From contig NC_009664.2 in the NCBI RefSeq assembly GCF_000017305.1, positions 2,820,001-2,852,000 of the forward strand: DNA of 32,000 nt. Reading direction: 5' to 3'. This DNA comes from Kineococcus radiotolerans SRS30216 = ATCC BAA-149 (GTDB lineage Bacteria; Actinomycetota; Actinomycetes; Actinomycetales; Kineococcaceae). Shown here one piece after another: positions 17,732 through 27,424 of the stretch (the stretch's first letter is position 1; each line of letters starts with the position of its first letter). The notes under the pieces were generated by a model. It was not told the DNA's origin and did no database searches. It worked only from the letters and a program-made list of their open reading frames with translations. A program made the position numbers and the translations under genes.

Positions 17732-18688
17732 ATGGGCTCCGGCGGCGAGGAGGGGGAGGTGCGGGTGGACACCGGGGTCGACGACCTGCCCGGAGGGGCC
17801 GGGGAGCGCCGGCGGCTGCTGTCGCTGGGCTACCGGATGCTCGGGACGCTGGCCGAGGCCGAGGACGCCGTGCAGGAGACCTACCTCCGCTGGTACCGGC
17901 TGAGCGCCGCCGAGCGCGCGGCCGTCGCGAACCCGCCGGCGTGGCTGACCCGCGTCGCGAGCCGGGTCTGCCTCGACGTCCTCGCCTCCGCCCGCCACCG
18001 CCGGGAGCGGTACGCGGGGGAGTGGCTGCCCGAGCCCGTCCCCTCGGACCTGTTCTCCGGCACCGTCTCGGGCCGCCCGGCCGTCGACCCGTTCGAGCGG
18101 GTCAGCCTCGACGAGTCGGTCAGCACCGCCGTCCTCGTCGTCATGGAGTCGATGACCCCGGCCGAGCGGGTCGCCCTCGTCCTGCACGACGTGTTCGGGC
18201 TGCCCTTCGCCGAGATCGCCGACGTCGTCGGCCGCGCCCCCGCGGCGGTGCGCCAGCTCGCCTCCTCCTCCGCCCGCCGCCGCGTCCGCGAGCACGGCGC
18301 CGTCGGCGGCGACCGCCGCGAGCACGACGCCGTGGTCCGCGCCTTCGCCCGCGCGGCCGGCACCGGCGACGTCGAGGCGCTGGCGGCGCTGCTCGACCCC
18401 TCCGTCGTCCTGCGCTCCGACGGCGGCGGGGTGGTGAGCGCCGCCCGCCGCCCCGTGCGGGGGCGCGACGACGTGGCGCGGTTCCTCCTCGGCGTCGTCC
18501 GCAAGAACCCCGCCCTGCGGGTGCGGGAGGTGCGCACCGGCGACGGTCTGGCCCACTGCTTCACCGACGGGGAGGCGGCGCGCGCCGTGCTGAACCTGCG
18601 GGTCCGGGACGGGCACGTCCAGGACGTCTGGATCCAGCTGAACCCCGGGAAGCTCAGCGCCTGGGCGCCGAGCGCTCCCACGCGCTGA
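17732..18688 (+). CDS. sigJ: ECF sigma factor, group ECF41 (SigJ-like) with SnoaL-like C-terminal extension
   Basis: Region 2 is LGYRMLGTLAEAEDAVQETYLRW and region 4 is ERVALVLHDVFGLPFAEIADVVGRAPAAVRQL. The ECF41 hallmarks WLPEP, DGGG and NPGKL (consensus NPDKL) are present. An alternative start, GTG 17759, has a better SD (AGGAGG 5 nt upstream). Confidence 0.85.
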   Translation: MGSGGEEGEVRVDTGVDDLPGGAGERRRLLSLGYRMLGTLAEAEDAVQETYLRWYRLSAAERAAVANPPAWLTRVASRVCLDVLASARHRRERYAGEWLPEPVPSDLFSGTVSGRPAVDPFERVSLDESVSTAVLVVMESMTPAERVALVLHDVFGLPFAEIADVVGRAPAAVRQLASSSARRRVREHGAVGGDRREHDAVVRAFARAAGTGDVEALAALLDPSVVLRSDGGGVVSAARRPVRGRDDVARFLLGVVRKNPALRVREVRTGDGLAHCFTDGEAARAVLNLRVRDGHVQDVWIQLNPGKLSAWAPSAPTR

Positions 18689-19868
18689 AGGAGCGCAGCG
18701 ACCCCGAGCCCGGGCGGCGCAGCCAGGGCCAGGGGTGGCGGGCGACGACGTCGAGGCGGGCCGCGCGGCGGGCGAAACCGGGGACGGGGGCGTGGGTGAC
18801 GGCGAGGCGGCGCCCGGCGAGCTCCGCGACGGGATCGCCGAGGCGGACCTCGCAGCCGAGCTCGGCGAGGGTCTCGGCGAGGAACACCAGGCGCTTGCCG
18901 GACAGCCGCAGCCGGGCCAGCAGCGGCTCGTCGAACACGAACACCGCGGGGACGCCGGGGTGGGCGGCGAGCGCGGGGTCGGTGTCGGCGAGGGACTCCG
19001 CGGTGAGCCACACCGCGTCGGGCTCGCCGGTGACCTCGGGGGTGCGGGGGCCGGCGTCGGTGGGTCCGCCGGCGAGGCCCTCGGGGGGCTCCACGCGGGG
19101 ACCGGCCTCCGTCTCCGGCCAGTCCTGGACCGGGCAGGCCCGCCGCAGCGCGCACGTGCCGCACAGGCCCGGGGCGCGCTTCTCGACCTGCCACCGGCTG
19201 AAGCCGTAGACCTTCCCCGTCCCGGTGCCCACGGCCCACTGCCAGCCGAGGCGGTTCGCGGCGGGGGAGCCGTCGAGGAGGTGGCGGTACATCTCCCGCG
19301 CGCCCTCGCGCCAGTCCGCCCCGGCCCGCACGGAGTACTGCGAGGCCAGCCACATCCGGGTCTGGTTGACCAGCCAGCCCTCCTCGTGCAGCTCCGCGGT
19401 GGTGGTGGCGACGCAGGCCATGTCCTGCGGCCACGGTTCGCGCTCCCACGGCTGCGCGGGCACGGGGGCGGCGAAGCGCAGCGGGCGGGCCGTCGCGGGG
19501 CCGAGGCGGGCGTAGAGGTGGCGGGCGTACTCCTGCCACAGCAGCTCGTCGCGGAACTTCGCCCGGTCGCGGGCGGGGGCGTCCCCCGCCGCGGCCCACA
19601 CCGTCGGCAGCGGGAGCAGCCCGTGGCGCACGTAGGGCGAGAGCCGGGTCGCGCCGCGGCGCTCGGGCGGCCAGACCTCGCTGCGCCGGGCGGCGTAGCC
19701 GGTGAGGTCCAGCGCGGCGAGGGCGGCGTCGGCGGCGGCCTGCCCGCCGCGCACGGGCGAGGCCGGCACGGGTTCCCCCGCCGGCTCGCAGGTCAGGTGG
19801 CCGAGGTGGGTGGCCACCCAGGCGCGCACGGCGTCGCGCTCGGCGGGCGGGGAGGGCAGGCGGGGCAC
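18654..19868 (-). CDS. Photolyase/cryptochrome-family protein with atypical domain order (FAD-binding domain, Cys cluster, then alpha/beta-like domain)
   Basis: The 3' 404 codons of ORF 18654..20288. Photolyase FAD-domain motifs are TRLSPYVRHGLL, FRDELLWQEYARH, WLVNQTRMWLASQ and GWQWAVGTG. The start is set at GTG 19868 because GC3 collapses between 19868 and 19943, and the glycine riboswitch lies further upstream on the other strand. Confidence 0.7.
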   Translation of the reverse strand: MPRLPSPPAERDAVRAWVATHLGHLTCEPAGEPVPASPVRGGQAAADAALAALDLTGYAARRSEVWPPERRGATRLSPYVRHGLLPLPTVWAAAGDAPARDRAKFRDELLWQEYARHLYARLGPATARPLRFAAPVPAQPWEREPWPQDMACVATTTAELHEEGWLVNQTRMWLASQYSVRAGADWREGAREMYRHLLDGSPAANRLGWQWAVGTGTGKVYGFSRWQVEKRAPGLCGTCALRRACPVQDWPETEAGPRVEPPEGLAGGPTDAGPRTPEVTGEPDAVWLTAESLADTDPALAAHPGVPAVFVFDEPLLARLRLSGKRLVFLAETLAELGCEVRLGDPVAELAGRRLAVTHAPVPGFARRAARLDVVARHPWPWLRRPGSGSLRSFSAWERSAPRR

Positions 19869-19977
19869 CCCGTCATCGTCACCCGGGGGTGCGGGGACGG
19901 CACCCGCAGCGCCCGCTGGTCCCCGGGGTCGGTCGTGTGCCACGCTGACGGCGAGGACAACTGAACACACGGCCGCT

Positions 19978-20166
19978 TCCCCCCGGCGGGAGAGCCCCAC
20001 CGGCCCGCCGGTGGGCACCGAAGGAGCAACCACCCCGGAACCTCTCAGGTCCACGTACCGCCACGGGCAGGCCGCTCTGGAAAGCAGGACCCCACGGTCC
20101 TCACCGACGGGGAAAGCCTCGCTGCGCGGGGTGAAGCTCTCAGGTCCCGCGACAGAGGGGGTCCAG
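19978..20166 (+). promoter_or_regulatory. Tandem (two-aptamer) glycine riboswitch
   Basis: Aptamer 1: GGGAGAG...GCACCGAAGGAGCAAC...CTCTCAGG. Aptamer 2: CTCTGGAAAG...CACCGACGGGGAAAGC...GCTCTCAGGTCCCGCGACAGAG. It lies immediately 5' of gcvT, the classical context. Boundaries are approximate (about +/-10 nt). Confidence 0.85.
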
Positions 20167-20205
20167 CACGTGGCCGCACCCCGCGGCCGCGACGAGAGGA
20201 GCCCC

Positions 20206-21345
20206 GTGACCACCCCGGCCACCACCCCCGCGCCCCCCGCGAGCACCCCCCTGGCCGACGCCCACGCCGCGCTCGGTGCCTCCTTCACCGACTTCGCCGG
20301 CTGGCAGATGCCGCTGCGCTACGCCTCCGACCTCGCCGAGCACCACGCCGTCCGCCGCGCGGCCGGGATCTTCGACCTCTCCCACATGGGGGAGATCCGC
20401 GTCAGCGGCCCGCAGGCCGGGGCCGCCCTCGACGCCGCCCTCGCCGGGCGCCCCTCGGCGATGGCCATCGGCCGCGCCGCCTACGGGCTGCTCGTCGACC
20501 ACGAGGGCGGGATCGTCGACGACCTCGTCACCTACCGCCTCGGGGAGCAGGAGTTCCTCGTCGTCGCCAACGCCGCCAACGTCGAGCCCGTCGTCGTCGC
20601 CCTCGCCGACCGCGCCCGGCCCTTCGACGCCCACGTCGCCGACGAGACCGCCCGCTGGGCGCTCGTCGCGGTGCAGGGCCCGGCCTCCGCCGCGATCGTC
20701 GGCCCGCTCGTCGACGCCGACCTCACCGCCCTCGGCTACTACCGCTGCGCGCCCGCCACCCTCACGACCGGACCCGGCGCCCCCGGCGTCGAGGTCCTCC
20801 TCGCCCGCACCGGCTACACCGGCGAGGACGGCTTCGAGGTCTTCGTCCCCGTCGACGACGCCGTCGCCGCGTGGGACGCCCTGCTGGCCGCCACGCGCGA
20901 GCACGGCGGCGTCCCCGCCGGCCTCGCCTGCCGCGACACCCTGCGCCTGGAGGCGGGGATGCCCCTCTACGGGCACGAGCTGACCACCGCCACCAGCCCC
21001 TTCGCCGCGGGCCTGGGACGGGTCGTCAAGCTCGACAAGGACCCCGGTCCCGTCGGGCTCGAGGCGCTCCAGCGCCTGGCCGCGACCCCGCCCGCCCGCG
21101 TCCTCGTCGGCCTGCGCGGCACCGGGCGCCGCGCCCCGCGCGCCGGCTACCCCGTCGTCGCCGGCGGTTCCCCCGTGGGGGAGGTCACCAGCGGGGCCCT
21201 CTCGCCCACCCTGGGGTACCCCGTCGCGATGGCCTACGTCGACGCCGCGCTCTCGGCACCGGGGACGGCCCTGGCCGTCGACGTCCGCGGCACCGAGCTG
21301 CCCGTCGAGGTCGTCGCGCTGCCCTTCTACCGCCGGGAGCGCTGA
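20206..21345 (+). CDS. gcvT: Glycine cleavage system aminomethyltransferase (T protein)
   Basis: The GTG at 20206 follows GAGAGGA. The segments GASFTDFAGWQMPLRY, AGIFDLSHMGEI, ARTGYTGEDGFE and RDTLRLEAGMPLYGHEL are canonical GcvT. Confidence 0.9.
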   Translation: MTTPATTPAPPASTPLADAHAALGASFTDFAGWQMPLRYASDLAEHHAVRRAAGIFDLSHMGEIRVSGPQAGAALDAALAGRPSAMAIGRAAYGLLVDHEGGIVDDLVTYRLGEQEFLVVANAANVEPVVVALADRARPFDAHVADETARWALVAVQGPASAAIVGPLVDADLTALGYYRCAPATLTTGPGAPGVEVLLARTGYTGEDGFEVFVPVDDAVAAWDALLAATREHGGVPAGLACRDTLRLEAGMPLYGHELTTATSPFAAGLGRVVKLDKDPGPVGLEALQRLAATPPARVLVGLRGTGRRAPRAGYPVVAGGSPVGEVTSGALSPTLGYPVAMAYVDAALSAPGTALAVDVRGTELPVEVVALPFYRRER

Positions 21346-21348
21346 GGC

Positions 21349-22744
<1,396 letters not shown>

Positions 22745-22764
<20 letters not shown>

Positions 22765-23668
22765 CCCGCCGCACGTCGCGCTCGACGGCCTCGACGAACG
22801 CGGTGACGGCCCGCCGGGCCGGGCGCTCGGGGGAGGGGCGGGCGGTGGCCAGCGACAGCGTCCACCCCGGCTGCTCGCCCGTCACCGCCTGCTCGTGGCA
22901 GCCGGGGGGCACCGGCACCGACCCGGGCACGAACGCCGGGCCCAGCCCGGCGGCGACGTAGCGCGGGAACGTCGACACGTCCGGGACCTCCAGCACGACG
23001 TGCCGGCGCGCCCCGGCGCGCTCGAACACCGCGTCCACCTGCAGCCGGTTGCCGAAACCGGGGGGACCGTCGATCCAGCGCTCCCCCGCGAGGTCGGCCA
23101 GCTCCACCGGCCCCGGGGAGGCCAGCGGGTGCCCGGCGGGCAGCAGCAGCCGCAGCGGGGCGCGGACCAGGGGCCGCAGCGCGACCGCCCCCGGGGGGCG
23201 GAAGGGCCACGACAGGAACGCCGCGTCCAGCTCCCCCTCGACCAGCGCCCGCAGCAGGCCCCGCGAGCCGTCCGCGAAGACCCGCATCGACACCGACACC
23301 CGCGGGTGCTCCGCGGTGAACCGCTGCAGCAGCCGGGGCAGGTCCACGGGGTGCATGGTGGTGACGACCCCCACGGCCACCGGGCCGGTGGGCCCCTCCT
23401 CGGCGCCGCGCACCGCGGCCCGCGCCTGCGACACCCCGGCCAGCAGCCGCCGCGCCTCCGGCACCAGCGCCCGGCCCGCGTCGGTGGGCACCGCCCGCCG
23501 CGACGTGCGGACGAACAGCCCCGCCCCCAGGTCCTCCTCCAGCGCGCGCACGACGGTGCTCACCACCGACTGCGCCGTCCCCAGCCGGCGGGCGGCCGCG
23601 CTGATCGTCCCCGCCTCCACCACGGCCAGGAACACCTCGAGCTGACGCAGCTCCACCCGTCCTCCCAT
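22745..23668 (-). CDS. LysR-family transcriptional regulator
   Basis: The N-terminal HTH is [48 protein letters not shown]. 307 aa. It is divergent from an MFS gene. Confidence 0.9.
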
Positions 23669-23743
23669 CGCGATCCCCGATGGATGCTCCCACCGCCCAG
23701 CGTCGGCCCGGAAGGCCGCGCGGGCCGCGCGGTTGGGCCCGGC

Positions 23744-25063
23744 ATGAGCTCACCCCGCCGCCACCGCCTCGGCTTCTGGATCGTCGCCGCCGCGTTCGCG
23801 ATCGCCATGGCGTTCCCCACCGTCCCCACCCCCCTGTGGGCGCTCTACCGCGAGCGCGACGGGCTGCCCACCGCGGTCGTCACCGTCGCGTTCGCGGCCT
23901 ACGCGGCCGGGGTCGCGGTCGCGCTGTTCACCGCCGGGCACCTCTCCGACCACCTCGGCCGCCGCCGCGTCCTCGTGCCCGCCCTCGCCCTGGAAGCCGC
24001 CGCCGCCCTCGCCCTCGCCCTCACCCCCGACGTCGTCGTGCTCGTCGCCGCGCGCGTCGCGACCGGCCTCGCGGTGGGGGCGCTGACCCCCACCGCGACC
24101 GCCCACCTCGCCGAGCTGCACGGGCGGACCGCGTCGGCGCACCCGGCCACCGGGGCCGTCGTCGCGACCGCCGCCAACCTCGGCGGCCTGGGCCTGGGGT
24201 CGCTGGCCGCGGGGTTCCTCGTCGGTCACCTCGGCGACCCGCTGCGCGTCCCGCACCTGGTGTTCCTGGTCCTGCTCCTGCTCGCCACCGCCGCGCTCGC
24301 CCTCGTCCCCGAGACCGTCCAGCGCGAGCACCGCCCCTACCGCGTGCAGCGCATCGCCGTCCCCGCCGCCGCCCGCGGCCGCTACCTCGCCGCGGCCCTC
24401 GCCTCCTTCGGCCTGTTCTCCGTGATGGGCCTCTTCAGCTCCCTGGCCCCCGCCGTCCTGGCCTCCCTCGGCCACCCCGGTCCGGTCGCCGGCGGGGCCA
24501 CGGCGTTCTCCGTCTTCGCCGCCGCCGCCCTCAGCCAGGTGCTGCTCGCGCGGCTGGCCCCCCACCACCAGGTGCGCCTCGGGCTGGTCCTCACCGCCGC
24601 CGGCGTCGTCGTCCTCGGCGCGGGCGTCCTGCTCGCCGCGGTCGTCCCCTTCGTCGCGGGCGGGGTCGTCGCCGGCGCCGGGGTCGGGGTGCTGCTCAAG
24701 GGGGCGCTGAGCACCGCCACCGCGCTGGCCCCGGCCGGCTCCCGCGGGGAGGCCGCCGCCGGGATCTTCCTCGCCGGCTACCTCGGGATGGCCGTCCCGG
24801 CGTTCGCGGTCGGTCTCAGCAGCTCCTCCGGGGTCCCCTTCGGCGTCTCGGTGCCGGTCCTGGCCGTCGTCGTCCTCGTCGTCCTGGGTGCCGTCGCGGT
24901 GGCGCTGCACCGCAACCCCGCCCCCGCCGACGCCCCCGCCGACGCCCCCGCCGACGCCCCCGCCGACGCCCCCGCCGACGCCCCCGCCGACGCCCCCGCC
25001 GACGCCCCCGCCGACACCCCCGTCGACGCCGCGGCGCACCCCGCGTCCCGGGTGCGCGCCTGA
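23744..25063 (+). CDS. MFS transporter (about 12 TM segments) with a C-terminal (APAD)n repeat tail
   Basis: The ATG at 23744 lies within ORF 22895..25063. The MFS loop motif [13 protein letters not shown] is present, the protein is hydrophobic throughout, and the tail is [14 protein letters not shown]... Confidence 0.85.
   Translation: MSSPRRHRLGFWIVAAAFAIAMAFPTVPTPLWALYRERDGLPTAVVTVAFAAYAAGVAVALFTAGHLSDHLGRRRVLVPALALEAAAALALALTPDVVVLVAARVATGLAVGALTPTATAHLAELHGRTASAHPATGAVVATAANLGGLGLGSLAAGFLVGHLGDPLRVPHLVFLVLLLLATAALALVPETVQREHRPYRVQRIAVPAAARGRYLAAALASFGLFSVMGLFSSLAPAVLASLGHPGPVAGGATAFSVFAAAALSQVLLARLAPHHQVRLGLVLTAAGVVVLGAGVLLAAVVPFVAGGVVAGAGVGVLLKGALSTATALAPAGSRGEAAAGIFLAGYLGMAVPAFAVGLSSSSGVPFGVSVPVLAVVVLVVLGAVAVALHRNPAPADAPADAPADAPADAPADAPADAPADAPADTPVDAAAHPASRVRA
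24920..25027 (+). repeat. Perfect 12-bp tandem repeat GCCCCCGCCGAC x8 plus one degenerate copy, in frame within the MFS gene
   Basis: Read directly: eight identical units at 24920-25015, and a ninth ACCCCCGTCGAC at 25016-25027. Confidence 0.95.
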
Positions 25064-25096
25064 GCGCGACGCGGCCCCGGCTGCGACGATGCGGGG

Positions 25097-25489
25097 GTGC
25101 CTCCCCGCCGCCGCACCGACCCCGCGGAAGGCCTCGCCGCCGTGCGCGCCGTCGAGGACGTCCTGGCCGGGGGCGGGCAGCCCCCGCGCCCCCTCCTGGC
25201 CACCGCCGTGCGCTACGCCCTGGAGGAGCTCGCCGCGCGCCACCCCGGCGGCAGCGTCGAGGTGCGGGTCCCGCCCTTCGCCGCCGTCCAGGTCCTGGAG
25301 GGCCCGCGCCACACCCGGGGCACGCCGCCGGCGGTCGTGGAGGTCGACCCCACCACCTGGATCGGGCTGGCCACCGGCGCCCTGCGCTTCGACGAGGCCC
25401 GCGCCGACGGGCGGGTCCGGGCCAGCGGCAACCGCGCCGACCTCGGCGGCCTGCTGCCCGTGGTGCCGCCGCGTACCGTGCTCCCGTGA
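25097..25489 (+). CDS. Sterol-carrier (SCP2-like) family protein, the conserved actinobacterial neighbour of purF
   Basis: 130 aa. The pattern VRYALEELAARHPGGSVEVRVPPFAAVQ...TW..LATG and the position upstream of purF (as with M. tuberculosis Rv0807) support the call. The start codon is uncertain. Confidence 0.65.
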   Translation: MPPRRRTDPAEGLAAVRAVEDVLAGGGQPPRPLLATAVRYALEELAARHPGGSVEVRVPPFAAVQVLEGPRHTRGTPPAVVEVDPTTWIGLATGALRFDEARADGRVRASGNRADLGGLLPVVPPRTVLP

Positions 25490-25839
25490 GCGAGCCGTCC
25501 CAGACCCCGCCGTCCGAGGCCCCCGAGGAGACCCCTGGGCCGGCCCCCGAGGAGGCGCCGGACCGCGAGGGCACCGCGTTCGTGCAGGTCACCCGCCGCC
25601 GGGCCCCCCGCTTCCGCGCCTTCGTCGTCACCGGCCTGCTGCTCGCGGCCGTCATCGCGGCCGTCGTCGCGGCGGTGACCCCGCCCAGCGGCGGCTACTC
25701 CCAGCGGGCGCTGTTCGGGTACCTGTTCTGCAGCCTCGGCCTGCTGGGGGTCATCCTCGGCGGGCTCGTGGCGGTCCTGATCGACCGCCGCACCGGGACC
25801 CGTCCCGGGCCCCGCGCCCGTCGCCGCCGCCGCGGCTGA
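25486..25839 (+). CDS. Hypothetical small membrane protein (117 aa, 2 TM segments, acidic Pro-rich N-terminus, Arg-rich C-terminus)
   Basis: The GTG at 25486 overlaps the upstream TGA (GTGA). GC3 is high. The TM segments are FRAFVVTGLLLAAVIAAVVAAV and LFGYLFCSLGLLGVILGGLVAVLI. Confidence 0.55.
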   Translation: MSEPSQTPPSEAPEETPGPAPEEAPDREGTAFVQVTRRRAPRFRAFVVTGLLLAAVIAAVVAAVTPPSGGYSQRALFGYLFCSLGLLGVILGGLVAVLIDRRTGTRPGPRARRRRRG

Positions 25840-25879
25840 CCGGTCGGCCCGCGGCGCGGGGGTGTGACACACTCGAGAC

Positions 25880-27424
25880 GTGGCCCGCGGTGACGGACGT
25901 CTGAACCACGACCTGCTCCCCGGCGAGAAGGGCCCTCAGGACGCTTGCGGCGTCTTCGGGGTCTGGGCGCCGGGCGAGGAAGTCTCCAAGCTCACCTTCT
26001 ACGGCCTCTACGCCCTGCAGCACCGGGGGCAGGAGGCGGCCGGCATCGCCGTGAGCAACGGCGAGCAGATCCTGGTCTTCAAGGACACCGGCCTGGTGTC
26101 CCAGGTCTTCGACGAGTCCGCCCTGGAGTCCCTCCAGGGGCACATCGCCGTCGGGCACGCCCGCTACTCCACGACCGGTGGGGGCGGCTGGGAGAACGCC
26201 CAGCCCACGCTGGGCGACACCGCCGGCGGCACCGTGGCCCTGGCGCACAACGGCAACCTCACCAACCTCTTCGAGCTGCGCGACCTGCAGGCCGAGCGGT
26301 ACCCGCACTCCGAGCGCCCGGTGCTGCCGGGCCGCCCCTCGCCCAGCGAGCTGGCCCGCGGCAACACCACCGACACCGCGATCCTCACCGCGCTGTTCGC
26401 CGGCGACCCCGACCACACCCTCGAGGCGACGGCCGCCGAGGTCCTCCCGCACGTGCAGGGCGCGTTCAGCCTCGTCTTCATGGACGAGCACACCCTCTAC
26501 GCCGCCCGCGACCCGCAGGGCATCCGCCCGCTGGTGCTGGGCCGGCTGGAGCGCGGCTGGGTGGTGGCCTCCGAGACGCCGGCCCTCGACATCGTCGGGG
26601 CCAGCTTCGTGCGCGAGATCGAACCCGGTGAGCTCATCGCCATCGACGCCGACGGGCTGCGCAGCACCCGCTTCGCCGAGGCGAAGCCCAAGGGCTGCGT
26701 CTTCGAGTACGTCTACCTCGCCCGCCCCGACACCTCCATCAGCGGCAAGGTCGTCCAGGAGGCCCGCGTCGAGATGGGCCGGGTCCTGGCCCGCGAGCAC
26801 CCCGTCGAGGCCGACCTCGTCATCCCGACCCCGGAGTCCGGGACGCCCGCCGCCATCGGCTACGCCGAGGAGTCCGGCATCCCCTACGGGCAGGGGATGG
26901 TGAAGAACTCCTACGTGGGGCGCACCTTCATCCAGCCCAACCAGACGATCCGCCAGCTCGGCATCCGCCTGAAGCTCAACCCGCTCAAGCACGTCGTCGC
27001 CGGCAAGCGGCTCGTCGTCGTCGACGACTCCATCGTGCGCGGCAACACCCAGCGGGCCCTGATCCGGATGCTGCGCGAGGCCGGCGCGGCCGAGATCCAC
27101 GTCCGGATCTCCTCCCCGCCGGTGAAGTGGCCGTGCTTCTACGGCATCGACTTCGCCACCCGCGCCGAGCTCATCGCCAACGGCCTCTCCGTCGAGGACG
27201 TCGCCCAGAGCATCGGCGCCGACTCCCTGGGCTACATCTCGCCCGAGGGCATGATCGCCGCGACCGACCAGCCCGCCGAGCGGCTGTGCACGGCGTGCTT
27301 CTCCGGGAGCTACCCCGTCCCGCTCAACGACCTCGACCGCCTCGGCGACCACGCGATGGACAAGCCGCGCATCCCGATCACGCCGGTCAGCCGGTCCGAC
27401 GCCGCCCAGGGGGCACAGCAGTGA
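25880..27424 (+). CDS. purF: Amidophosphoribosyltransferase (with N-terminal propeptide before the catalytic Cys)
   Basis: CGVFGVWAP, YALQHRGQEAAGI, the PRTase motif RLVVVDDSIVRGNT and Fe-S Cys residues (CFYGID, CTACFSG) are present. Confidence 0.95.
   Translation: MARGDGRLNHDLLPGEKGPQDACGVFGVWAPGEEVSKLTFYGLYALQHRGQEAAGIAVSNGEQILVFKDTGLVSQVFDESALESLQGHIAVGHARYSTTGGGGWENAQPTLGDTAGGTVALAHNGNLTNLFELRDLQAERYPHSERPVLPGRPSPSELARGNTTDTAILTALFAGDPDHTLEATAAEVLPHVQGAFSLVFMDEHTLYAARDPQGIRPLVLGRLERGWVVASETPALDIVGASFVREIEPGELIAIDADGLRSTRFAEAKPKGCVFEYVYLARPDTSISGKVVQEARVEMGRVLAREHPVEADLVIPTPESGTPAAIGYAEESGIPYGQGMVKNSYVGRTFIQPNQTIRQLGIRLKLNPLKHVVAGKRLVVVDDSIVRGNTQRALIRMLREAGAAEIHVRISSPPVKWPCFYGIDFATRAELIANGLSVEDVAQSIGADSLGYISPEGMIAATDQPAERLCTACFSGSYPVPLNDLDRLGDHAMDKPRIPITPVSRSDAAQGAQQ

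Noticed and set aside
19869-20288. N-terminal 140 codons of ORF 18654..20288 (photolyase-like gene).
   Set aside because: This part overlaps the glycine riboswitch and the gcvT start on the other strand. Between 19868 and 19943 about a third of the third codon positions are A/T, versus nearly none in real genes here.
23673-23685. ATCC-CCGAT-GGAT interrupted palindrome next to the LysR start, as a possible LTTR box.
   Set aside because: The spacing is T-N9-A rather than the canonical T-N11-A, and it abuts the start codon. It is too short to distinguish from chance without comparative data.
24920-25027. Whether the 12-bp repeat array is a CRISPR or other non-coding array.
   Set aside because: The units are directly abutting with no spacers, the unit is far too short, and the array lies in frame inside an MFS coding region.
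25846-25869. ECF41-like promoter on the minus strand: TGTCACA (reverse complement of 25863-25869), a 16-nt spacer, then CGAC.
   Set aside because: The -10 is CGAC rather than CGTC. It would fire antisense into the small membrane-protein gene with no downstream target. The TGTCACA is simply half of the purF-proximal palindrome.
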